From contig OZ234493.1 of NCBI GenBank assembly GCA_965153455.1, positions 22,000,213 to 22,064,212 of the forward strand: a DNA stretch of 64,000 nucleotides, read 5' to 3'. The notes beneath the pieces are model-generated. The model was not told the DNA's origin and made no database searches. It saw only the letters and a program-made list of their open reading frames with translations. Below, one piece after another: positions 37,301 through 48,064 of the stretch (positions within the stretch are counted from its first letter, which is position 1; every line of letters starts with the position of its first letter). Position numbers and translations under genes: made by a program. Origin of the DNA: Sphagnum compactum (taxonomy: Eukaryota).

Positions 37301-40300
37301 CCAGGAAGCCTAATGTGCTGTGAGTGTGAGGAGAATCTGGACTGTAAAGTGGGGATGTTTTGGGTGTGCGGGTGAAGAATGCATCAGTTTGGCTGCAACA
37401 ATAACGTGCAGAGTCAGATGTTTAGTAGGTGATCTCATTCTTAAGAGAAGTATCCTTGGTTTCTGTCTAGCCAAAGCTCGCTTAGCTACCATCCAAGCAG
37501 CAGAGAGGGCATTCTTTCCTCCCATTCTTGCCTAATTGCATCTCTGCTGGTGTTACTGCTGTCCTGACCAAATTGGTTGTTGCTCGTGAGGGGACAGGAG
37601 ATGGCTATAAATGCACTTACAGTGTTCAACACGCATGTATTGGACTTTGTAGAGGCAGTGTAGGTGGCCTTGTAGGACCTCGAACTTCATTTGTGACAAT
37701 GCAGTTGGACCCTTGCAAGCTTTTCTGTGTCTGATTCAGAAGTATGTGACTGATTGATGTGTTCAATTGTGATATTCATTTTCCCCTTTGACCTACTGAG
37801 GTGGCACTGGAATTGTAGAAAGACTACTGGTTATGGCAGCTTCATATTATCAAATATCATTTCTAGATTTCTGAGGACTCAATTCCTGGACAACTCAGAA
37901 GCTTGCACATGCTGACTTAGGTTACTCATTTAGAGTCCTGAAGATCTCATCAGTCTTGGTGACTGTGAACGAGATGGTTCTTAAGCTAGCTTTAATGTGA
38001 ATCCAACAGAGACAAGTTCTCATTGTGGATGGGATTCTGGCTTGGGTGTTGAAGCTGACGGGACAGTTTTGCTCAGCTCTGAATGATGAATTTGAGGAAC
38101 ACTTACCAGAGTTGTTGCCCTTGGGGTGTGTTCTTAGGTTGGAGCAACTATTGGTTAAAATATTGATCTCTGCCGCACAGTTTATTGTCATTAGAACAAA
38201 ACATGACACTGATGACTGACCATCCAGGGTATCAAGTAGGTGGCCAGACTGACTGAATCCATGAATGTCCCACATAGGTTCTGGTTTCACCAAGGCTATG
38301 CATCTGAAAGCCATTTGGTTTTCTGTTGTCAAAGTCGCAAAACATGCAGAGCAAGGGTTGTCATTATTAGGATACATGTATAGGTTGCTTACTTGCAATG
38401 TGGCATCAAAATGGATCTTTGGTACGCATTGTTCAAAAAAGTTCATTTAGGCCATTTACAAACTCTCCTAACAAATTATTAGACCTGTTAAAAAGTTTTC
38501 TCGGGCCTGCAGAGTTGTCCATTCTATTATGAACCCATGTGTGCTATTTGCAAGTACTATTGTAAGGTTGAGTTTTATATGGGGAACAAGAAAGCATGAG
38601 TTTCACACATTATATGCTCCTACAATTGGCACTGTATCTATGCAAAACTCAACACCAAATGTCATCACTGTGACTTTAAGCTGTTAATTGAAGCTAGAAA
38701 AGCTCGGGGTTATGCTTGGAGGTCAGTTACAAGTACTAGAATTAGTCTTTGGAAAGCTATTGGCTCACCCATCTTATGTGCCACATATACCAGCAACATT
38801 GTCTGTTCCAGCTATGAATATGTCTCTTCCACAACATAATTGAATCCTGAATCCCAAAGAGCAGTATGGGGAAAAGTTCAGGGAATTTGCAGTTCGCTGA
38901 CAAAGCATAAACATTGTTCATTTTCAACCTAATTGTACATGCATACGTGCTTCAGTAATTTGGACCACTAGTTCATTGGATGTGTATGACCAAATCCTGC
39001 ACCTTATGGCAACAACTGGCGTTGAAAGATGTAAAGCAACACAGTATGTGAGACAGGTGCAATGTAGATTAAAAAAATCAAAACTGTGGGATATTTTTCC
39101 ACTGCTGTTTGAAGAATTAATTGACCAACTGTGCATGATCCAATTTCCTTGTAGAAGTTGTTCCAATCTTTTCTACTTATGTTAGTTCTTTGTCTATCAA
39201 GTCCCATTCCCCTTTATCCTTTACCTATGTGCTTGTTCTGCACTTTTTTCAAGTTCCACCTTGTCCCTGCCTTGACTGTCATTGTTTCCTAAACATCAGC
39301 AAACAAACTGCCCCTTGCATTGCACTAGCAAATTTGTTTGGAATCTGTTCACAATGCATTTTGTGACCCTGTATAAAGCTGATATACAAACGAAAAGAAT
39401 AATTGAATATAAGATTTGCATCTCAAACTGCTGACAATTTCGAGTACTTAAGTGGTATCATATCTGTTACAATGGGGTAAGCACACCGTACCACAAACCA
39501 GATGTAGTCATTCACAGAATTTTTTTTCAAGGTGCTTGTCGTAATGTGGATAATATGTAATGACTGCTTGTTACAAGAGTGCTTGAGTAGAATCTGCATT
39601 CCAATTTTCCAACAGATATACCTGTACCCATTGGGTTTGGTTTTCTGCAAAGATTTGAACTTCGAACTCAATTCAGCAGTCGGTTCCATATATCAGTGAG
39701 TCGTAGTCTGCTACCTGTTCCTTGCAACCCTCTAGTACATTAGTACATTACAGTGAGTGTTTTGCTTTAATTTTGTGTTTGATCAAAACAGATAGGTCAA
39801 ATTGTTGCAGATTCACAATTGAATGGTGCTTCTGCAGGTATTATGTGTGGAAGTGTTCAGCATCCCACAAGTTCCTTTCTTTTCAAAGTTCCTACAAGAA
39901 GTTGGCTCGGAGGAAATCTTCTCCCAAGGAGCACTGAGTTCACCACTGTCTGTGGATTTGTCAAAGTTGAGTTGTTTAGAGCCTCCTCTTTGGTTGTTGG
40001 GGTTGCTCTTGGATCTACAGTTTATTCTCATGAACTTTTCTCATCTTACCTCTTCAACTTTTGAGCCTGGAGCGTGACTATTTTTCACCTTTGCATATTT
40101 GAACATTGAGAGGCATGTCAAAAGTCATGGTTTCCCTTATGCTGAAAGTTGTCCATGAAATATATGGGCAATAGTGCAGATTCCAATTGCAATTCAGTGT
40201 GAAGTGCAGCCTCTTCCTTCTCCAGTCTCCTCGTGTTAATACCTTAAGTAGTATATTAAATCTCTCTTCACCTTTGAATAACTGACAAATGGAACATTTA

Positions 40301-40608
40301 TGGTCAATCTAGCTGCTGAAAACGGGTTTCCACCCCAATATAAACAAGATAGTAAGAAAAAAAAAGAAAAGAAGATGGTTGCAACTGTTGTAAACTCATA
40401 TCAAGTAGCTGTTTGATCTAAAATTGGATGGTCCAAGAGTCCTAAAACATGAACTCTATTGTTGGAGGTGGTTGGGTTTAAGGGCTTAGGTCCAATAAGA
40501 AATATGATTGGGACTTATCTTTGGAGTTGGGTTTCCATTTTTGCTTGACCCAACTCCTTGCCTAAGTCTCAACCCATGAAGCCAAAAAGTATAGCCACAT
40601 AGTCATAT

Positions 40609-42904
40609 CACTACTACCAAAGTGGGGTGTAGTTTACTAGCTTAAATCACTATGGGACCTTAAAAGTGAAATAATTTCATTGCATTTTACTGATTTCACT
40701 TAGTGAAAGTTATTTCATTATAATATCACTATGTAGACATCATGTTTTATTTCTAGTTAACATAATTCACTATTACAATTTACTATAGCAAATAGGTTTA
40801 TTTTTATGTTTTTTAAAATATTCTATCTATGTTACTTTATGATATACCCTATATTATTTTAAGCTACTTTAGTTATTCTAACTTATATTTTATGTTATTA
40901 TAGGTTATTATAAATTATTGTACACTAAATTATTATATGTTATTTTACCTTAAAGTATCTTAACTAGTTTATTATAAGCTTTTAAATTATTTAAAATTAA
41001 ATTATTCAATTAACTTTAAGCTATACCTTAGGTTATTTATTTTAAATTAATGTATGTTATTTCAAATTATACTTTAAATTATTCAAGGTCATTCTACTTA
41101 ATGTTATTATAAATGATTTCATCCTAAGCATAATAACTTTAAAATAATCTAAAACAGAATATAATGGCCTAAGGTAAAAATAACTTAAAATAGAAAATAA
41201 GAACCTATGAAAAATAATTTTAAATACCCTACAATATAATAACTACCAATAGCCTATGATATTATAACGTAGAATATCAAACAATAATATATAATACAAT
41301 AATCACCAATAGTTGTAATATAACATATACTAACCAACAATAACTTATAATATAATAACCATTAATAACCATAATAAAATAGCCATCAATAACCACCAAT
41401 AAAATAACCACCAATAGCCATTAATAAAATAGCCACCAATAGTTATTAATAAAATATCCACCAATAGCCATTTATAGAATAGTCACCAATAGCCATTAAT
41501 AGAATAGCCACAATAGCCATTAATAGAATAGCCACCAATAGCCATTAATAGATTAACCACCAATAGCCATTAATAAATTAATCACAAATAACCATTAATA
41601 GATTAGCCACCAATAGTCATTAATAGAATAGCCACCAATATCCATTAATATATTAATTATGAATAACCATTAATAAAATAGCCACCAATAGCCATTAATA
41701 GATTAATCACGAATAACCATTAATAAAATAACCACAATAGCCATTAATACATTAATCACGAATAGCTATTAATAGAATAGCCACCAATAGCCATTAATAG
41801 AATAACCAGCAGTAGCCATTAATAGAATAGCCACTAGTAGCCATTAATAGAATAGCCACCAATAGCCACCAATAGCCATTAATAGAATAGCCACCAATAG
41901 CCATTAATAGATTAGCCAACAATAGCCATTAATAGATTAATCATAAATAGCCATTAATATATTAACTACCAATAACCATTAATAGAATAGGCACCAATAT
42001 CCATCAATAAATTAATCATGAATAGCCATTAATAAAATAGCCACCAATGGCCATTAATAGAATAACCACCAATAGCCATTAATACATTAATCACAAATAA
42101 TTATTAATAAAATAGCCACTAGTAGCCATTAATAGAATAACCACCAATAGAATAATTACTAATGGCCATTAATAGAATAACCACCAATAACTATTAATAG
42201 AATAACCACTAAAAAACATTAATAGCCACAAATAGAATAGGTACCAATAGCCATTAATAACCACTAATAGCACTAATAAAAAAACAACCAATAGCCATAT
42301 ATTATAATTACTTAGGATTGCCAATTTTCAAAGTTTATATTTTTGTAATGTTCAAAATCAAGTATTTGATAAATAGAATGTAATGTAACATATTATCACA
42401 ACAAGTGGGGTGATTTGATGGTAAAGGTGTTTGCCCCCATTCCAAAGGTCAAGGGATCAAACCTCATGGGTGGTGTTGTGTGTGGTCAACATGGTATGTT
42501 GACCAAATATTCTCCGATCGAATTCCTAGGTTAGGTGCCTAGGTTGATTACGTGGCCTACGTACCTAGGTTAGGTTTTTAACCTAACGTAACTAGTGACA
42601 CGTGTCAATAAATAATAGGCTTTTAAAATCATGAAATTATCAATAATATTACATATTAAATAATTAAAATTTAATTAATTTTCATACTGGTTAGTTAAAT
42701 AACTAGCGAGTGAATGGCTTGGTAAATTTGTATTTCACTTGAGAATAACCTTGTTTCACTAGTTACTAGTGAAACAAGTCATTGTCCGTAGCAACTGGTC
42801 CCCGTTCACTAGGGGGTTAAACAATTTCACTAAGTGAAATTGTCCAAATTCACTCAAAAATCTAGTGAAACCCATTGTGAACTAGGACGCATTTCCTAGT
42901 AGTG
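40609..42904. mobile_element. Non-autonomous CACTA (En/Spm) element, 2296 bp
   Basis: Ends CACTACTA... and ...TAGTAGTG; 3-bp TSD TAT at 40606-40608 and 42905-42907; TTCACTA/TAGTGAA subterminal repeats at both ends; no transposase. Confidence 0.9.
41380..42300. repeat. Minisatellite, ~27-bp unit AATAGCCACCAATAGCCATTAATAG-like, inside the CACTA element
   Basis: Dozens of tandem variants of AATAGCCACCAATAGCCATTAATAG. Confidence 0.95.
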
Positions 42905-43135
42905 TATGCACATATTGGTGATGTTATTATTGCCATGGTTAAGGAAGCAATATCGAATATGCCTCTCAAAAAATCAGAAGTTGTTAGGGTTAAAAACTCA
43001 AACATAAACATGGAACTAATGTGCAATTCAATGTCAATGTTGCCATTGTCATAGATCAAAAAGGAAATCCTAAACGAACTCATGTTTTTGGTTCAATCAT
43101 TTGAAAATTACAAGAATCCAATTTTATCAAATAAT
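42905..43135 (+). pseudogene. rpl14: Plastid-derived rpl14 fragment
   Basis: [28 protein letters not shown]...[17 protein letters not shown]. Confidence 0.88.
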
Positions 43136-43154
43136 TTTGTTGGCTTTTGAAATA

Positions 43155-43392
43155 TTATAAATGGGGAGGGGAAGTAACATTGGAAAGTTTCAGGGGACAT
43201 AAGAAGATAAAAACTTTTTTTTAGTTTTTACACTAAGATATCGAGGGAAGAAAAAAAAAACCACAAATAATTTCTTTACAACATATTAACAAACCCAATT
43301 TAAGGATTTATTCCAACCATAAAAAAATTCCCAAAGTTCTAGGTGGAATAGGAATTGTTATTCCTTCCACTTCTCAAGGAATTGTAACAAAT
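43155..43392 (+). pseudogene. rps8: Plastid-derived rps8 fragment
   Basis: [13 protein letters not shown]...[33 protein letters not shown]. Confidence 0.88.
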
Positions 43393-43477
43393 TTTAAACC
43401 ATTTTGCATGGGGGAATCTTCATAAATAAAAGAGGTTACCTAGTGCTATATTTACCAATGAAAATAAATGCCCTTTA

Positions 43478-43692
43478 ATGAAGAAACATAATCTAATTGA
43501 TATGGAATGTATAGTTACTGAATCACTCCCCAATGATAATGGGTGCAAATATCTAACCCATATTTTGGGGGAAAAAGACATAATTATATAAGAATACTAC
43601 CAGGGGATGGGGTAAGAATAGTATTGAGTCACGATGATCTAACTAAAGGACATATAATCCATCAACTCCATACCAAATCTCCAAATGGTTAA
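43478..43692 (+). pseudogene. infA: Plastid-derived infA pseudogene
   Basis: [19 protein letters not shown]...[26 protein letters not shown], with an internal deletion and frameshift. Confidence 0.88.
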
Positions 43693-43810
43693 GTAACTTT
43701 CTAAAATGGAAATGGGAGATAGGGGGAAAAAAATAAAGATTTAATTGGCATAAATTTTAAAACTCTACATTTTTTATATTTTTGATTGTATTAGAGTGAG
43801 AAATACAAAT

Positions 43811-43924
43811 ATGAAAACTTGTGTTTCTGTTCGTAAAATTTGTGAAAATTGTCAACTGATACGTAGACAAAGATAAATTATGGTGGTTTGTTTTAATCTT
43901 AAGCATAAGTAAAGATAAAGATAA
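43811..43924 (+). pseudogene. rpl36: Plastid-derived rpl36 pseudogene
   Basis: [34 protein letters not shown]; expected 37-codon length with internal stops. Confidence 0.92.
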
Positions 43925-44029
43925 CCTTCTTTTTTAATTTATCATTGTTGGGAACCCAAATGAATCTAATAAGGAAAATAATAACAGAAATTTTGTACTC
44001 TATATTTTTCCATTTTCTAATTCATATAC

Positions 44030-44429
44030 ATGGGAATAACTATAATAAAACCTGTGAAAAAAAAAGTTTACAGACATAGAACACCTAAAAGAGTTATTCA
44101 TAATCAAGTTAGTTTTTTAAATAGAATCATTCTTGTTACAAATATCTAAAGACAAGCTATTTTTTGGTCTTCTACGAGTTCCTACGGTTTTAGGGGCATG
44201 AAAAAAAAGTTAGCCTTTTGCTCCTCAAATTGTGATAAAAAAATGTTATTCATAATTAATTTCAATCAAGGTATGAAACAAATAGAAGTCATGATAAGTG
44301 GTCCTAGTCCAAAAAAAAGATATAACATTATGAGCCGTTTGGAAAAGTGGTGTTGTACTTAATTTTGTAGGGGACGTGACTCCCATGCCACATAATGGAT
44401 GTAAAACTCCTTAAAAAAAACGTGTATAA
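44030..44429 (+). pseudogene. rps11: Plastid-derived rps11 pseudogene
   Basis: QGMKQIEVMISGPSP...[22 protein letters not shown], with frameshifts. Confidence 0.9.
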
Positions 44430-44463
44430 GGATGAAATATTTGGTACACAACTTTTAGTTAAT

Positions 44464-45462
44464 ATGATTCAAAATGAAGAAATACCAATCTCCACTAGAA
44501 TATTGCATGGAGGTGTGTTGAATCCAAAGTAGATATTGAACATCTTCGTTATGGTCAATTCGCCATGTCTCCATTTAGAAGTGGTCAAACCATTACATTA
44601 AGAATTGTTATGTGTAGAGCAATACTAGAAAAGTCGAAAGAACATGTATCATACATGCAAAATCTAACATGAATATTCTACAATATTAAGCATTCAAAAT
44701 TCGATGCCCCATATTTTAATCAACTTGAAAGAAATCGTACTTAAAAGTAAAAATAATTCTTGTGAAACTCAAAAAACATATCTATCTACTTTTGGTCCTA
44801 AAGAGATAACAACTCGAAATATCATATTCCCACTTGAAGTGATTGATATTACACAATATATAGCCACCCTTACTAAAACAATTCATTTAGATATTGAATT
44901 AAATTTTGAAAAATATTGAGGATATTATATGCAAGATTCAATAAAATCTGCACATGGTTATTTCTCTATAGATGTTGTATTATCTGAAATGCAAATTATA
45001 ATGTTCATCATTCTTTTGAAAATAAAAACAAGACACACAAAAAAAATTTATTGAAATATGGACCAATGGACATGTACACCCAAAGAAGCACTTTATGAGG
45101 CTTTTTGAAGTCTAATTGATATGTTTATTCCTTTCTTACATGCAGAGAAAGAAAAAGAATCCATGGATTAGGAAATAGGAATAAATATAATATGCCCATT
45201 TTTCCTCCTCCCCATCAAAAGATAAGATGGAGAAGGAAATGACTTTTAAACATATATCTATTGACCAACTAAAGTTCATGCCATAGTTTTTAATTGTCCG
45301 AAAAAAGTTGATGTAGATATGATATCTTATTTATTAAATTATAGTCAAGATGTTTTGATTAAAATTAAAAAATTAGAAAAGAAATTTGTTGAACAAGTAT
45401 TGGAAGTTCTACAAAAACATTTGTTGATAAAATTACCCAAAAATAAGCTTTACTTCCATTAA
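44464..45462 (+). pseudogene. rpoA: Plastid-derived rpoA pseudogene
   Basis: MIQNEEIPISTRIL/WRCVESKVDIEHLRYGQFAMSPFRSGQTIT...ILINLKEIVLKS...EIWTNG...FKHISIDQL; multiple frameshifts; located between rps11 and petD. Confidence 0.9.
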
Positions 45463-45701
45463 ATAGTGAATAGTTCCATCCTTTTTTTTTAAGATAAAAA
45501 AATAGATAGATCAAGCCCTTCTCATAATTATTTGAAACAAAACAAATCCATTGGGAATTTTCTCATTCCTTTTTTTCCCTTTTTTGAAAGTTTCTTTTCG
45601 TTTTCTTTGATTAGTTCACAATATAGAATATCTAGGGAATTTTTTTTGGACTAAATATTCCCTAGCTACTAATTAAATATGAGGATTAATAAGAAAAAAA
45701 A

Positions 45702-46812
45702 TTAGTTCCAAAAAGTCCTAAAGTTAGAGATTTATCACTAGGTAGAACAACTCCAATACCCAACCAAAAAGTTATTGAAATCCCAATTAAAAAATAACCA
45801 TTGTGACTATTGAAATGTATTAACATTTCCTAAGAAAGGTACTTTCAATAATCTTGCTTTTATTGCAACCACTAAAATAACACTTGATAACTTTTATTAT
45901 ACGAAATATCTTAAAAAGAGGGGGAAAATGCCAATCAAGTAATATTTCTAATAGAGTTGCAAATGGATTTGTTTGTTCATTAATCATTGAAGGTTCTAGA
46001 ATTATTAAACCTACAGTATGTGAAATAGTACCTAAAATAACTATTATAAAGATATACAAAAAATCATTTCGCCTAGTGAATTTTCCATAATAGTTATGTC
46101 CCATATCCTTAGCTAATTTGGCCCACAATATAATATCACTCAAATTGGTTTTTTTATTATTATGATAGGTTATCAAAAAAGAATATTCCCCAAAAAAACC
46201 AGGCATGAATTTTTTTTAAAAAATCCAACTTGGGCTATGTTTATGTATCATGCATCTTTAATTCATTTCAAGTCATATAAGTTCAAACGAATCAAAGATT
46301 TTTTTAATTTATTAAATAAAACAAGTTTCATTTCAATTAAAAGTTCACGATCCAAGTCTATTTATGAGTTTCAATATAAAAACCAATATCTTTTTTACTC
46401 TTATTCCCCATAAGTCAATTTTTTTCAACACTTTGAAATTTTTTAATTATACTAGGCATTGACCCATTAATGTATTGGCTTATTCTTTTCATTAAACCTT
46501 TTTTTTAATTCTGATGATGCCTATTTCTGTGAAAAACAAAAAGGAAATGGATGTGTTTTCTTATCATACAATATATTCATTTGTTTTTTTTTATCCCTAT
46601 CAAATTTTACAAAGTTTATTTCATTGGTGAATATTCAAGATCACAAAAAAGAATTTCCCTTGAAAATGAAACTCATTTTTTCGCCAAGCTTTTTATCTTT
46701 TTATTGGAGAAAAAAAAATTGGGTTAGAAACACATTTCTTTAACATATTAATGTGGCAAATTGACTCAAATATCTTCACAGTCCAATAACTTATTAGGTC
46801 ACACATTCCTAT
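45702..46812 (-). pseudogene. petD: Plastid-derived petD pseudogene with group II intron (exon 1 at 46805-46812, intron about 46161-46804)
   Basis: [12 protein letters not shown]...NDFLYIF..VILGT...[24 protein letters not shown]. The 8-nt exon 1 (ATAGGAAT) is followed by a GTGTG intron start. Confidence 0.9.
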
Positions 46813-47008
46813 AATCTATCGTCTGTCAAAAAAAAATCTTAAATGAAGTATTTGAAATATTCTAAAATAGAGAAATCCATAAAATATCATTAAATATTTC
46901 ATATATTATGTGATTGATTTATTCAATAGAATTTATATGGAAATTGAATTATCATGTAATAATTCTTATAGTACTATAAATATTCATGATAAATATAATG
47001 ATTTAAAC

Positions 47009-47940
47009 TCATAAAGGACTTGAAATACCATGTTTATGAATCATTGGGAAATGCATTAGCATAAAAACCACAATAAGAAACCATAATATAACAGTATATA
47101 AATTATACAAATGATTCAATGTGGATTGACCCACATGAACACTTGCACATAATAACTTTACCAAGGGGGATCCTATAATAGGAATAGGTTCAGGTACACT
47201 GGTTACGATCTTAAAACCCCAATAACCAATTTGATCCCAATGCAGGTAATATCCAGTTACACCATAAAAAAATGTTAATACAACTAAACATTACACCAAT
47301 AACCCAAGTTAATTCATGAGGTTTTTTGAAACTTCCCATGAGGTAAACATGAAATATGTGTAAGATCATCATTAATTCATGAAGTTTTTTGAAACCTCTC
47401 GTGAAGTAAACAAAAAAAATGCGTGACACCATCATTAATTCATGAGGTTTTTCGAAACCTCTTATGATGTAAACACAAAATACGTGTAAGATCATTATTA
47501 ATTCATGAAGTTTTTTGAAACCTCTTGTGAAGTAAACACAAAATACATGTAAGATCATCATTAATTCATGAAGTTTTTTGAAACCTCCTGTGAAGTAAAC
47601 ACAAAATACATGTAAGATCATCATTAATTCATGAAGTTTTCTGAAACCTCTTGTGAAGTAAACTCAAAATACATGTAAGATCATCATTAATTCATGAAGT
47701 TTTTTGAAACCTCCTGTGAAGTAAACACAAAATACATGTAAGATCATCATCAAAATCATCATCATGCTTGTCGACCATTGATGAATTGATTAGATTAACC
47801 AATCGGAATTGACTTTAATCATTATATATTGGATAGAAGTGAGTTTTTTTATTATTGTGGGACAATGATAGAAACTCATGGCAAAACCATTGGCTACTTA
47901 TACCAAAAAACAAATCAGAATAATTTCTCCAAAACAATCA
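47009..47940 (-). pseudogene. petB: Plastid-derived petB pseudogene, 5'-truncated, with internal tandem amplification
   Basis: VANGFAMSFYHCPT...[35 protein letters not shown]...WDQIGYW...[14 protein letters not shown]. Confidence 0.92.
47311..47751. repeat. Seven tandem copies of a 63-bp petB segment
   Basis: Units start at 47311, 47374, 47437, 47500, 47563, 47626 and 47689; each encodes (minus strand) [21 protein letters not shown]-like. Confidence 0.97.
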
Positions 47941-48064
47941 AGTAAAACTATGCAAAGAGGAGCTAATTTTTTCATAACTAGTCCTTCATATTAATGTTCA
48001 TAAGTTTCATAAACTAAGTTAATGTTAAAAGTATATATTGTATTTATATGAAGACATTTCTAAT

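Larger units (their letters stand above)
42905..47940. other. Nuclear plastid DNA insertion (NUPT), decayed
   Basis: Collinear plastid gene order rpl14-rps8-infA-rpl36-rps11-rpoA (+) converging on petD-petB (-), with spacers and the petD intron. All genes are disrupted. Confidence 0.96.

Noticed and set aside
37922-38446. 174-aa minus-strand ORF
   Set aside because: No recognisable motif; it lies within decayed sequence and is probably chance.
44464-45462. Functional nuclear-relocated rpoA
   Set aside because: Frameshifts and stops, no transit peptide, and it is embedded in a decayed operon copy.
47211-47624. 137-aa repeat ORF as a novel membrane protein
   Set aside because: It is open only because the petB unit is 63 bp; the flanking petB is frameshifted and there is no expression evidence.
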